Translations under genes and position numbers: made by a program
The notes under the pieces: generated by a model
What the model was told of the DNA's origin: nothing
The model's input: the letters and a program-made list of their open reading frames with translations, nothing else
Database searches by the model: none
Shown: one piece after another, positions 28,508 to 39,007 of the stretch
How the letters are laid out: every line of letters begins with the position of its first letter
Numbering within the stretch: position 1 is the stretch's first letter
Assembly: GCA_040385915.1 (NCBI GenBank)
Contig: JAZKGK010000025.1
Location: 1,038-65,037 of the forward strand
Direction of reading: 5' to 3'
Length of the DNA stretch: 64,000 nucleotides
Source: Bacteroidota bacterium
GTDB lineage: Bacteria; Bacteroidota; Bacteroidia; Cytophagales; ES-bin-26

Positions 28508-30295
28508 TCAAATTTCTTTCGGCCAAAGAAAAGAAAAGGTAGCTCCTTGCCCAACGATGGAATCAACCCAGATTTTGCCCTTATGTTCCTCTACAATTTT
28601 CTTCGCAATGGCCAAACCTATGCCCGTACTTTCTACTCTGTCTCTGGCTTGCAGTGTTTGAAAAATGACAAACACTTTATCAAAATACTTAGTGTCAATG
28701 CCTTCTCCATTATCTTCTACAGAAAACTGATAGTATTGCTCCTGTTCAATGACCGAAATCCGGATTTTTCCTTCTGTTTTATCATTGAACCGAATGGCAT
28801 TGCTAATCAAGTGAATAAAGACGTGTTGCAACCTTTTCCTATGCGTGACAAAGGTGGGCATGTCAGGCTGTATGCATATAGTACAGGTATCGGGCGGAGC
28901 TAGCTGTTGAATTACTTCCTGTAGTACAGGCTCCACACTGACGGCCTCGGGCACTTTTATAAGCCATCGGGTTTGAGAATAGGCAGACAAACCGTTGATG
29001 AGGGCTTCCATGCGGGAAATCCGACCACGCATGATGTCAAAATTTTTGCTGCTTTCTTCCGAGAGGGCGTCTCCCATATCTTCTTGTATCCACTCAGAGA
29101 GCTTAAATAATGCCCGCAGGGGAGCTTTCAGATCGTGAGAGATTACATAATTAAACTTTTCTAACTCCTGGTTGCTCTTTTCAAGCTTTTGAGAATACTC
29201 TACTAATTGTGCTTCTCCTTTTTTTCGTTCGCTAATATCTTGGGCCACGCAAACAATGCCTTGGTGTAATCCGTGGCTATCTCTGAGCATAGCTGCGGAG
29301 AACAAAACATCGATCGCCTTGCCAGATTGAGTAACGTAAGTGTTTTCCTGGCTTTGCAAATGCCCTATTTCCTCCAGCGTAGGGAGAAAGGAATCAACAA
29401 AGCTGTTTTTTTCAAATAGTTGGTAAATATTTTTGCCTAGTATCTCCGCTTCTGTATACTCAAGCAGGGTACAGGCGGCCCGGTTGGCCCTAACAATGTT
29501 GTGGTGTTCGTCAAGTACCAAGAGACTGTCCAGCATGGACATAATTATATTCTCGGTGTATTGATTAGAAGACAGCAGCTCTTCACGCGAATCATTTAGC
29601 TTGACTATCATCTCATTGAAGGCATCGGCGAGCTTTCCTATTTCATCGTTGTTTGAAATAGAGAACCGTGTATGGGTATTGCCCTCAGCAATTTTATTGA
29701 CGACCTCGCCCAGCTTGGTAATATTACTTGTAATCCTGGTGCTTATGGCTACGGAAAGCACCAGACCGAAGCCAAAAATGGCTAAGCATATATACAAAGT
29801 AGTTCTTTGTTGCAGCGCAATGTCTCTATCCAGGTGTTGTAAAGAATAACCGATCAGCAGCATACCAACGGCCTGGCTCTGATAGCTGAGCGGCTGCTTA
29901 TAATGCACTATTCTGTTCTCTTGGAAACCATTGCTACTTTTTATCAGCTCATTTACCTGGATTGGCAAATGTCCTACCTGATACGTGACCACCTGCTCTT
30001 TAGCCGCATTGAGTATCACAATATAGGCGAGAGAACTGTCTTTCTTTGCCCAACTCAACACCTCTCCGATGGCCGCTCTATCAATTACACCCGCTCTCAG
30101 CCCTACCTCTACCCCTATGGTCATCATATCAGTCATGCTCCTCATCTTAAACTCAATAGCGGCCATGGCTTGCTGTTTATGCTTAAAAGGAAAGTAGGTA
30201 TAAATAAATACGGCTACCAACAGGAAGATACATGCATAGCCCAAGAGAATTTTGGTACGCAAAGAATTAGTCGGTATATAGCTAAGAAATGACAA
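28508..30295 (-). CDS. Membrane sensor histidine kinase (periplasmic domain, HAMP, PAS, HisKA, HATPase)
   Basis: Two TMs; DEIGKLADAFNEM HAMP; PAS; SHDLKAPLR H-box; STGIGLA. Start uncertain (TTG). Confidence 0.9.
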   Translation of the reverse strand: MSFLSYIPTNSLRTKILLGYACIFLLVAVFIYTYFPFKHKQQAMAAIEFKMRSMTDMMTIGVEVGLRAGVIDRAAIGEVLSWAKKDSSLAYIVILNAAKEQVVTYQVGHLPIQVNELIKSSNGFQENRIVHYKQPLSYQSQAVGMLLIGYSLQHLDRDIALQQRTTLYICLAIFGFGLVLSVAISTRITSNITKLGEVVNKIAEGNTHTRFSISNNDEIGKLADAFNEMIVKLNDSREELLSSNQYTENIIMSMLDSLLVLDEHHNIVRANRAACTLLEYTEAEILGKNIYQLFEKNSFVDSFLPTLEEIGHLQSQENTYVTQSGKAIDVLFSAAMLRDSHGLHQGIVCVAQDISERKKGEAQLVEYSQKLEKSNQELEKFNYVISHDLKAPLRALFKLSEWIQEDMGDALSEESSKNFDIMRGRISRMEALINGLSAYSQTRWLIKVPEAVSVEPVLQEVIQQLAPPDTCTICIQPDMPTFVTHRKRLQHVFIHLISNAIRFNDKTEGKIRISVIEQEQYYQFSVEDNGEGIDTKYFDKVFVIFQTLQARDRVESTGIGLAIAKKIVEEHKGKIWVDSIVGQGATFSFLWPKEI

Positions 30296-30332
30296 AAGGA
30301 CGTATTCGGTTAAGTGTAAACTTTGTAAGTAG

Positions 30333-30423
30333 TTAGGTATTAGCGGTTAGTAATTAGCCGTTAGTGCAAGAATTACTGTTTGATTAATAAGTACTTATTA
30401 ATCAAACAAGGCTAACGGCTAAT
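30333..30423. repeat. TTAG heptamer array with inverted copy, enclosing a perfect 32-bp palindrome
   Basis: TTAG x5 at 7-nt period; TGTTTGATTAATAAGT|ACTTATTAATCAAACA (30377-30408); GCTAACGGCTAAT pairs with ATTAGCCGTTAGT. Confidence 0.75.
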
Positions 30424-30450
30424 GAGTATTATCGACTGATTTATAAACAG

Positions 30451-30879
30451 TTAATCAGGCTGCTCGCACAATTTCCAATAATGGTTTAGTACCGAGACAG
30501 CCGTAACAAAACTCTCGAAAGACAAGGGCTTTAGAATGTATCCTGCCACATTCAAATCATAGGCGGCCACTTTGTCGCTTTCTTCATTTGAAGTAGTCAT
30601 CACAAATACACTTAATGACTTGAGTGCCGGATCTTTCCTGACCTCTTGCAAAAACTCGATTCCTCCCATTCTTGGCATATTAATGTCCAGCAGAACAATT
30701 TTGGGGGTGGGCGAAATTCTCTGTTCGGCATTCCCCTTCAATTTTTCAAGTGCTTCCATGCCATTATTTGCGATGGCGAGCGGATTAGTTATGTTATTCT
30801 TTTTAAATGCACGCTTTACATTCATTATATCGACATCGTCGTCTTCTACCAATAGAATGTGTAATGTATTATCAGTCAT
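30451..30879 (-). CDS. Single-domain response regulator (Rcp1-like)
   Basis: ILLVEDDDVD, LLDINMPRMGGIEFL, MTTS and YILKP. ATG 30879 overlaps the upstream stop codon. Confidence 0.92.
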   Translation of the reverse strand: MTDNTLHILLVEDDDVDIMNVKRAFKKNNITNPLAIANNGMEALEKLKGNAEQRISPTPKIVLLDINMPRMGGIEFLQEVRKDPALKSLSVFVMTTSNEESDKVAAYDLNVAGYILKPLSFESFVTAVSVLNHYWKLCEQPD

Positions 30880-33800
30880 GATCAGAAATATTAATAGAAT
30901 TTTTAATTTGCTTTGGTAGAGTAAAAATGAAGGTAGATCCTTGACCAGGTTCAGACTCAATCCATATTTTGCCTCCCTGGTCTTCAATTATTTTCTTTAC
31001 AATGGCTAGTCCTACGCCAGTACTTTCCACTTTATCTCTGGCCTGTAGCGTTTGAAAAATCACAAAGATTTTGTCATGGTATTCCAGAGCAATCCCAGGG
31101 CCGTCGTCGGCTATCGAGAACTGATGGAACTCAGGGGTGTCCAGATAGCTGATGCGTATATTTCCGCTGGGTTTATCGTGGTATTTAACGGCATTACTAA
31201 TCAAATTAGAAAAGACTTGCTCTAATCGGATTCCGTTGGTTATGATGCAGGGCAGCACGGTTTGCACGGTTATGGGATGGGTGCAGGGCAAACCCAGTAT
31301 ATTGATTATATCCTTTAGTAGGGCATCCACGTTAACCTCTTCAAACGTGATTTTAGTGCGATTCACTTTGGAATAGTCTAATATACCGCTAATTAAGGCC
31401 TGCATGCGGCTTACCCGGCTTCGGAGCAATTCCAGGTTGCCTTTTACATCTTCGGAAAGATTGCCACCCAAATCTTCCTCTATCCATTGAGAAAGATTGG
31501 CGATGGCTCGCAGGGGCGCCTTCAAGTCATGGGAAACGATGTAGGCAAATTGGTCAAGCTCTTTGTTAATTTTCTCCAAGTCAATGGCATACTCCTGAAG
31601 TTTGCGTTCCGAAATTTTATTGCCGCTTATATCCAGAGCAAAACCAATCAATCCGCCAGCATTGGCCTTGTCTTCAAAAACACAAGTATCAAGAAACCAT
31701 TCTTTTCCATTAGCAAAAGTAGTCGCGACAAAAGTGGCAAAACCTTCGGCAAAACCTTTTTTAATGTCCTCGGCTGACTGTGGACACACCTGGAGTAGGT
31801 TTGTACCGATTAATTTCGCTTCGGTCATTCCCATGCGTTCAACCACGGTACCAAGGGTTTGCGTAAAGATGCCCTGGCTATCGGTTTTAAAAATGGCCAC
31901 TGGCATATTGGAAATAATGCCATGCAGTACCTGGCTTTTGTCCAGAATTTCGGCTTCGACTTTTTTTCGTTCGGTCACATCGCGTGAGTTCACTACAATA
32001 CCGACAACGGCTTCATCGTCAAGCCAATTGGTTGCTACTGATTCCAGCACCCCCCAGTCGCCGTTTGCTTTGCAAAATCGGTATTCAACTATTAGAGGAA
32101 CCCCTGGCTGCTGTAGTAGCTGGCTAAATACGTCTAATACATGCGGTACATCTTCCGGATGAATAAAGTCAAAGATGAGGCGTCCAATGGTATCACTTTC
32201 CGAAAGACCGAGAGCTTGATAAAAGGAAGGGCTTTGGTAACGTGCTTTGCCATCGGCCTCTAAAACAGAGATAATATCGGTAGAATACTGGATTAATGAC
32301 CTGAAATATTTTTCTTTGGCTATCAGGGCTACCTCCGCTTTTTTACGTTCTGTAATATCCGTCATTGAACCCACCAAAAAACTTTCATTCAATTCATTCA
32401 TGAAAAAAGTCTTTTTGGTAATTACTGTTCTGGGAATTCCCTTGGGATCGTTTTGGGTTTCTTCATTTACATGGGTTTGTTCGGATTGAAACACGATTTG
32501 ATCATACTTGCAAAAGCTATCTGCTTCTTCTTTCGAGTACAAATCATAATCGGTTTTATTCAGAATATTCTCTCGGCTAAGACCGGTAAAATGGCAGAAC
32601 GAATCATTTACCAGAATCAATCTATGCTTGATGTCTTTAACAAAAATGGGATCAGCCACCGTGTTAATGATGGTATTCAAATAATTTTGATAGTGGATAA
32701 GCTTGGTTTCAAAGGTTTTAATTTCAGAGATATCAATCATGGTTCCTACCAGGAAATCTTTGCCATACTGATCTCTGAAGCGCGTTTTGTTGGTCATTAT
32801 CGTTCGTGGGGAAGCGTTTTTGCAGGTAATTATCTCTTCGTGGATGCTTCCCTGGCCCGTTTTAAAAACGGCTGCGTCTCTTTCCCAAAAAAGGCGGGCT
32901 TCCTCCTTAGAACATATATCCTTATCTGATTTACCAATGAATTCATCTTTGTTAGCCCCAGTAAATTGGCTCCAAGCTTGGTTCAGGAAAATAAAGCGGT
33001 GTTCGTTGTCTTTTACAAAGATGGGAATAGGTACAGTATCAAAAATATGGTTGAGATAGTTCTTGGAATTGGTCAGTGCTATTTCCGCTTCTTTGCTAGC
33101 GGTTATATCCCGGGAGATGCCGAAGGTTCCAATGATTTTGCCCTCCTCATCATACAGAGGCATTTTGGTGGTACAAGCCCAGGTAATTTTGCCATTCGGC
33201 CAGGTTTCCTTTTCTTCAAAATTGAGTGACGGAATGCCGGTTTTAATTATTTCCTGCTCCGTGTCGTACGCTTGTTTTGCGTGCTCAGGCAGGAAAAAAT
33301 CAAAATCCGTTTTCCCGATTAGTTCGCTAATGTCTTTGGCTCCCAGAAAGGCAATCATGGCTTGGCTTGCCCGCATAAAGCGACTTTCCAAATCTTTGAA
33401 ATAAATACTTTCGGGCGTGTGGTCCATGAAAGACTGCACCCAGAATTGTTCTTTGGCCAGTCCAGTTTCAGTCTGCTTTCGGTCCGTAATGTCCATATTG
33501 CAGCCAACCAGGTAATGTGCCCCAGATTCGTTTTTGAAGACGGCTTTTTGGGTAATCACCGTTGTGGTGATATTAGTGGCGCGTAAGACGGTTTCTTCAC
33601 TCACACTTGTTTTGCCCAATCGGAAAGCCAACTCTTCTGTCTCCCAAAATCCCTTTGCTAACTCTTCAGGAAAGAAATCATAGTCGGTTTTCCCTAGCAT
33701 ATTTTCCCGGCTTAAGCCGTTCAATTCGCAACAGGCATCATTTACAAGGATAAATCGGTGATGTTTGTCTTTAATAAAGATAGGAGCCGGAATGGCATTG

Positions 33801-34897
33801 ATAATGTTATCCAGGTATTTATTGGTGTTGAGCACTTCTTCCTCTGCCTGGCTTCTGGCAATCGCTCCTCCCAACGTATTGGCTAGATTAACCAAAAAAC
33901 GTTCTTCTGTAGGTGTCCAAATCCTGTCTCTTTTGCATTCATCGAAGCGGATAAACCCCCAGAGCTGATGCCCAATCAAAATCGGCATAACCAGCACTGA
34001 TTTAACGCCTTGCAATTCCAGCATGGCTTTATCAGTCACTGGCAAATCCTGCACAAGCCCTTGAATGACTTTTCCTGCTTTCAATAGACTACCCCATCTT
34101 TCGATGGTAGCATCCATATATAATACCTTTTTCTGGTCGGCTCTGTCGGGGCAAATGATTGGCTCGGCTACAGACCATTGGTACTGGTAAATAAATTCTG
34201 CGGTATTTTCTTTTAAAGCAACATTCTTATATATGTGTATATGATTTACGTCAGCCGCTTCGCCAACAGATGGCATAGCCAATTCAATCGCTTTTTTGTA
34301 AGAAGCGACAGTAAAAAATTGGATAGAAGCATAGTTGATCGCCTGCAACAGACAGTCACTTGCTTTATCTTCCAACACTTTGTCACGCTTTTGTTTGTGA
34401 AGCTCCAAGCAGGTGATTATCTGATTACATACAATACTCAACGCATTCTTCTGTGCTTCGGTGAGGGTGCGGGGTTTGGTATCCATGACACAAAGCGTTC
34501 CTAAGGCATAGCCAGCAGCGTTTATCAAGGGTATGCCAGCATAGAAACGGGCTTGAGCTGGCCCCGTAACAAAAGGATTATCTGCAAATAAGGGATCCTT
34601 GACAGTATCTGGAACTTCGTATAAGTCTGCCGAGAGAAGGGTATATTGACAAAAGGAAGTATCTCTATCGCTTTCTTCTATATCTACTCCTACCTTAGCC
34701 TTACACCATTGCCGCTTCTCATCTATCAACGAGAGCAGCGAAATGGGAGTCTGACATATATAGGCTGCTAATTCGACCAGAGAATCGAATTCCTTTTCGG
34801 GCAATGTATCCAGTATATGGTAGCTTTTTAGTGCGGCTACTCTTTGCTGTTCACGTTCCTGAGCCATAGGCTCATGTATCATAGTAGGAGAACTCAT
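30872..34897 (-). CDS. Cytoplasmic multi-sensor histidine kinase (2 GAF, 6 PAS/PAC, HisKA, HATPase)
   Basis: GAF RFYAGIPL...LGTLCVMD; second GAF; six PAS units ending DIT/SxRK; SHDLKAPLRA; STGVGLA. Start likely ATG 34897. Confidence 0.92.
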   Translation of the reverse strand: MSSPTMIHEPMAQEREQQRVAALKSYHILDTLPEKEFDSLVELAAYICQTPISLLSLIDEKRQWCKAKVGVDIEESDRDTSFCQYTLLSADLYEVPDTVKDPLFADNPFVTGPAQARFYAGIPLINAAGYALGTLCVMDTKPRTLTEAQKNALSIVCNQIITCLELHKQKRDKVLEDKASDCLLQAINYASIQFFTVASYKKAIELAMPSVGEAADVNHIHIYKNVALKENTAEFIYQYQWSVAEPIICPDRADQKKVLYMDATIERWGSLLKAGKVIQGLVQDLPVTDKAMLELQGVKSVLVMPILIGHQLWGFIRFDECKRDRIWTPTEERFLVNLANTLGGAIARSQAEEEVLNTNKYLDNIINAIPAPIFIKDKHHRFILVNDACCELNGLSRENMLGKTDYDFFPEELAKGFWETEELAFRLGKTSVSEETVLRATNITTTVITQKAVFKNESGAHYLVGCNMDITDRKQTETGLAKEQFWVQSFMDHTPESIYFKDLESRFMRASQAMIAFLGAKDISELIGKTDFDFFLPEHAKQAYDTEQEIIKTGIPSLNFEEKETWPNGKITWACTTKMPLYDEEGKIIGTFGISRDITASKEAEIALTNSKNYLNHIFDTVPIPIFVKDNEHRFIFLNQAWSQFTGANKDEFIGKSDKDICSKEEARLFWERDAAVFKTGQGSIHEEIITCKNASPRTIMTNKTRFRDQYGKDFLVGTMIDISEIKTFETKLIHYQNYLNTIINTVADPIFVKDIKHRLILVNDSFCHFTGLSRENILNKTDYDLYSKEEADSFCKYDQIVFQSEQTHVNEETQNDPKGIPRTVITKKTFFMNELNESFLVGSMTDITERKKAEVALIAKEKYFRSLIQYSTDIISVLEADGKARYQSPSFYQALGLSESDTIGRLIFDFIHPEDVPHVLDVFSQLLQQPGVPLIVEYRFCKANGDWGVLESVATNWLDDEAVVGIVVNSRDVTERKKVEAEILDKSQVLHGIISNMPVAIFKTDSQGIFTQTLGTVVERMGMTEAKLIGTNLLQVCPQSAEDIKKGFAEGFATFVATTFANGKEWFLDTCVFEDKANAGGLIGFALDISGNKISERKLQEYAIDLEKINKELDQFAYIVSHDLKAPLRAIANLSQWIEEDLGGNLSEDVKGNLELLRSRVSRMQALISGILDYSKVNRTKITFEEVNVDALLKDIINILGLPCTHPITVQTVLPCIITNGIRLEQVFSNLISNAVKYHDKPSGNIRISYLDTPEFHQFSIADDGPGIALEYHDKIFVIFQTLQARDKVESTGVGLAIVKKIIEDQGGKIWIESEPGQGSTFIFTLPKQIKNSINISDHD

Positions 34898-35613
34898 ATT
34901 AATTTTAATTTGGCAAATCTCATAGTCTGACAATAACAGCGGTAAACTAAGCCTATTGACACCTGTTTTTTTCAAATCCTGCCCGTAGAATACAGTTCTG
35001 ATACCCACTAGGTAATCTTCTTATTTTCGAAATTTAGTAGCAAAAGATACAATTAGCGCATTGCTTAGTGCTAACACTAACAGAATATGTGTAAGGTTTG
35101 CACTTACGTGTTTGCGCTAACATATAAATAGTACGCGCCATCAACTTACCTGGTAGAAATTGACAAGAGACAGGCTTCTCAATCCTGTTTGCTGGCATTA
35201 CTAGCAATATTTAAAGAAAAAATATCCAAAACATTACCTACTGGAGTTTGTGAGCGATATGCCATGATAGACGGCAACCCATCTTCGCGGAATTGACATT
35301 TTTACTGTCCTCCAAGGCGGCTGACCAACGTTTGCCTAGCCCGCTTTCGGCTACTGATCGTTTATAATCGTACACTTCAAAAATAGCCTGACTGATAGGA
35401 GATGGTAGAGAGAATTATCGCCTGAAAGCTGATTCTCACAAGCTAACACTTGAATATGGGCTATTGAAAACGAATAAAACTGATTTCCAATAAAACTTCC
35501 GGCTAAGTACATAGGTTAGAAATAGTCCATTTTTTGCAAAAATTTCATTTCGTGGATACTTAATTTTCCAATGTTTTTAAAAAGAAGCACTTCACGTAAC
35601 ACTTACTTAGCTG

Positions 35614-35621
35614 TAGGTTTG
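35614..35621 (+). promoter_or_regulatory. -7 promoter box for the TPR gene
   Basis: TAGGTTTG upstream of ATG 35678. Confidence 0.5.
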
Positions 35622-35677
35622 AAAAAGGCGATTGTTCTTGCGGGAAGAGGAAGGTTATTAAAATTTTGCTATTGCTT

Positions 35678-36706
35678 ATGAAGGAAAATCCGAGTCAAGA
35701 CCCGCTACAGCCAAGTAAGACTGAACCGCTAATAGTTGCCGATGGCAGTGAAAGCTGGGAGGCTCAGATAGAAAAACTGACTCAAGCCATTGAGGAATGC
35801 GCTACCTTTTCCGAAGAATTATACCACCGGCTTGCAACAGCATATTACTTACTGAAGCAGTATCCCGAATGTCTGGCCAGTTGTGACAAAATAATTGAAT
35901 TGAGTCAAGATGCTGCTCACGTCGCCGATGCTTACCTCTGGAAAGGACGTGTGGCCATGGAAGAACAGGAATATCAGTTGGCTATCGAGCATTATCTGGC
36001 CTGCCTGGAGCAAACGCCCGCCAATACTACTGCAATAGCCGAACTTGGGCAGTGCTACCAGGAGGTAAATGACTGGGAAAACACCCTAAACGCCTATCAG
36101 AAGCTTCATGTGATGGAAGGATGCAAGCATTGGGCTTGTAGCTTATTGGGACAATTATTTTTTCAGCAAAGTGCTTTCGACCTGGCTCATAAATATTTTG
36201 AAGACGCCCTGGCGGAGCCCGGCTTTTGGAGTACGTATTGCTACCACGGCCTAGGAAGAATATACGCAGAGAAGCAAGAATACGAAACGGCTATTGGCTA
36301 CTTTAAACAAACGCTAGAAATCAGCCCTAAAGATGCCGACAGCCATTATTGCCTGGGTCTGACTTACCAGCGGCTCAATGACTTTTATCGGGCTATGCAC
36401 CATTATACTCAAGCCTTGGAAACGTATGCCGAATTTTCGGAAATATACAATAACATGGCGGTGTTGTACCAACAGGAAGGAGACTATAGAGCCGCCATTC
36501 AGCAAATGGAAAAAGCCTTGGCGTTTAGCTACGACGACAATCAAAAGGGCTTCCATTACCTCAATTTAATCAAACTGCATAAGTCGCTCCTGGAATACGA
36601 CCGTGTAGATTACTATAAAACTGAATTGTCTAATTTACTTGGCGTAGATATTTTAGAAGAATCGGATGATGACGACAATGAGGACAATGAGGAATACCCG
36701 GAATAA
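35678..36706 (+). CDS. Cytoplasmic tetratricopeptide repeat protein with acidic tail
   Basis: About 8 TPR units; C-terminus EESDDDDNEDNEEYPE. Confidence 0.85.
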   Translation: MKENPSQDPLQPSKTEPLIVADGSESWEAQIEKLTQAIEECATFSEELYHRLATAYYLLKQYPECLASCDKIIELSQDAAHVADAYLWKGRVAMEEQEYQLAIEHYLACLEQTPANTTAIAELGQCYQEVNDWENTLNAYQKLHVMEGCKHWACSLLGQLFFQQSAFDLAHKYFEDALAEPGFWSTYCYHGLGRIYAEKQEYETAIGYFKQTLEISPKDADSHYCLGLTYQRLNDFYRAMHHYTQALETYAEFSEIYNNMAVLYQQEGDYRAAIQQMEKALAFSYDDNQKGFHYLNLIKLHKSLLEYDRVDYYKTELSNLLGVDILEESDDDDNEDNEEYPE

Positions 36707-36741
36707 AAAAAGGTCGGTAGCGTTTGAAACGCTCCGACCTT
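36705..36741. terminator. Terminator hairpin between convergent genes
   Basis: A-run, then AGGTCGGTAGCGTT-TGA-AACGCTCCGACCT. Confidence 0.65.
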
Positions 36742-36774
36742 AGGTCTTGCTACATATTCATTATTCCTACTCCC

Positions 36775-38673
36775 CTATTGCGAAAGGATAATGACTGAAT
36801 AGGCACCAATGCTAATGTTTCCACTATGTTGGAATACATCGTAAGGGTGGTCTTGCGCCTCCGTATCAAAGGCTGGTTGGTTGTTAAAATCCTGGTCGTA
36901 GCCTTCCCAGTCTGTATTGAGGCGCATCCGCCACATACCCGAAGCGGGAAAACCAATGCGATAGTTTTCGTATCCCTGGTTCGAGAAATTAGCGACTATT
37001 ACCACACTATCGCCCGGTCCGCCATCTTTCCAACGGTGGTAAGCAATAACATTTTGCTCCTGATTCACATGAAAAACCTGTACGTGCTGCCCCTGCAAGC
37101 CTCGGGTATTATCTTGCCAGTTGCGACGCAGCCGAATTAAATTGCGGTATAACTCCACCAATCCGTTGAAGGTCTCTGTACGAGACCATTCCAAAGGTTT
37201 TTTGTCGTCAAAATATTCATCCTCCAAAAACTCCTGCCCCTGAAAGATCATCGGTACGCCAGGGGTGGTGAGTACTAATGCAGCACCCAAAGTAGATTTT
37301 TTCTTGGAAAAGAAGCTATCCGCTTGCCCAGGCCCTATTTCTTCCGCCAGCCGTGAGCTACCATTGGCCACCTCGTCGTGCGATTCCGTGTAGATTACCC
37401 GCCGAAAAGAGTCTCCATTGTATTGATGTTCAATGGCTTCCCTTACTACTTCCATGTCACGATCTTCGTCGTTGGGAGTAATCAGTGTCTCGCGAATGGT
37501 GTTTACAAAGCAGGCATCCCATTGGGCTTTAAAGCCAGCGCCACCGTCTTGTATTTCGCAGGTAACCCATTCGTTGCTACAAAGGTCTTCGGCAATAATT
37601 ATTTTCCAGGGAAAGCGCTTTTCCACTTCCTCGTGCAGCCATTGCAACAAACTCCAGCCTTCACCAATGTCGTTAGCCAGGTCGTTTTGACGCCCAACTA
37701 CGTTGCGAATGTGTGAAACCGAATCTAGCCGCAGTCCATCGAGCCGGAACTCATCCAGCCACATCATCGCATTGTCTAGGATATATTGGCGCACTTCTCC
37801 ACGCCCGTAGTCTGGTCGGGTAGCGCCCCAGGGTGTTTCGGCCCGCCAATCGTTATAAAAGTAAATGCCTCCGCCTTCATTTTCGTGCCAGCCATCAAAC
37901 CGCCACAAGTCCAGCCGATCGGGGCCGAAGTGATTATATACCACATCCAGCAGGACAGCAATGCCGTGGCGGTGTGCTTCTTTAATGAATTCTTTAAAAG
38001 CTTTGGGTCCTCCGTATTGGTTTTCTACGGCAAATGGGTGCGAGGGATTATAACCCCAGGAAAAACCGCCTGGAAATTCGGCTAAAGGCATAATCTCAAT
38101 GGCATTGATGCCGAGCTCGCGGAGGTAGGGCAATTTTTCGATGACTCCGTATAAGTCGCCGGGTTTTCCTTCTTGTTTAACATTGAATGTGCCCACGTGC
38201 AATTCATAAATGACCAATTCATTCCAGGCAGGCATCTGAAAATGGTCCTCTTCCCAATCGAAGGCATCGTTAGTAATGCGCGAGTTACCATCTGAGTCAG
38301 TCACTTCTCTGGCGTATGGGTCATTGCGCATCATTTTATCTTTCCCATTGCAGATCACGTATTTGTATTCATCCCCCACTTTGGCTTCTGGCAGTTCTCC
38401 TGACCACTGGCCTTGTTCATTGCCTACCAGTGCGTGTTGTGATTCTGACCAGTTATTAAAAGTTCCGGCCACAAATACTGCGGTAGCGTTGGGTGCCCAA
38501 ACCCTGAAACTGACCCCTTTTGCATGGGCAGTGGCTCCCATCCGATCGGTACGGGCAGGCAATAGTGAAGGGGTACTGGAAGGTTTCCTGCTAGCAACAG
38601 GCAATTTTTTTTGGGTTAAGACAGGAGCCGCTTTCGGCTGGGGTGCTTGCTTCGTTAATGCAGACGAGGTCAT
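36775..38673 (-). CDS. CBM48 + GH13 enzyme (branching-enzyme / TreZ-like alpha-amylase family)
   Basis: FRVWAPNA, IYELHVGTF, WGYNP, LDVVYNHFG, DGLRLDSV (nucleophile), IAED and ESHDEV. Confidence 0.9.
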   Translation of the reverse strand: MTSSALTKQAPQPKAAPVLTQKKLPVASRKPSSTPSLLPARTDRMGATAHAKGVSFRVWAPNATAVFVAGTFNNWSESQHALVGNEQGQWSGELPEAKVGDEYKYVICNGKDKMMRNDPYAREVTDSDGNSRITNDAFDWEEDHFQMPAWNELVIYELHVGTFNVKQEGKPGDLYGVIEKLPYLRELGINAIEIMPLAEFPGGFSWGYNPSHPFAVENQYGGPKAFKEFIKEAHRHGIAVLLDVVYNHFGPDRLDLWRFDGWHENEGGGIYFYNDWRAETPWGATRPDYGRGEVRQYILDNAMMWLDEFRLDGLRLDSVSHIRNVVGRQNDLANDIGEGWSLLQWLHEEVEKRFPWKIIIAEDLCSNEWVTCEIQDGGAGFKAQWDACFVNTIRETLITPNDEDRDMEVVREAIEHQYNGDSFRRVIYTESHDEVANGSSRLAEEIGPGQADSFFSKKKSTLGAALVLTTPGVPMIFQGQEFLEDEYFDDKKPLEWSRTETFNGLVELYRNLIRLRRNWQDNTRGLQGQHVQVFHVNQEQNVIAYHRWKDGGPGDSVVIVANFSNQGYENYRIGFPASGMWRMRLNTDWEGYDQDFNNQPAFDTEAQDHPYDVFQHSGNISIGAYSVIILSQ

Positions 38674-39007
38674 ATTTATCAGTTATAGATAGTAGGTTAG
38701 TATCGTAAGTATTTATACCCATTCAAACGAGAACTAGTAAATTTAGTTATCCCAACGATGACGCCCGCTTTAAACTAGGTAACCAGTATTGACACAGTGA
38801 TTCTGAGGAGTAATACCAGCCATTATATACCGACTTTACCAGCAACCCAACCTTTGGTACACCTAGCGAACCTGAATGCCAACCAGAAAAAAAATACAAT
38901 GGAGTAGTAAATTGCGTGTTGAATAAATATTAAGCGTTCATTCGTATTTATTTTATTCAGTTCTTTGCAAGCGACAACTATATAAAAGTATTCAACTCAA
39001 CATTTCT

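Noticed and set aside
30880-30987. N-terminal extension of the response regulator in the ORF track
   Set aside because: It overlaps the upstream kinase; ATG 30879 gives a standard receiver domain with coupled stop/start.
30872-34897. Bacteriophytochrome, suggested by the Cph1/Rcp1-like kinase-receiver pair
   Set aside because: No PAS-GAF-PHY photosensory module or DIP motif is visible; the GAF domains look generic.
35009-35610. 600-bp intergenic gap as a hidden ncRNA or gene
   Set aside because: Only weak hairpins, no recognisable RNA motif and no ORF of 60 aa or more; consistent with a divergent promoter region.
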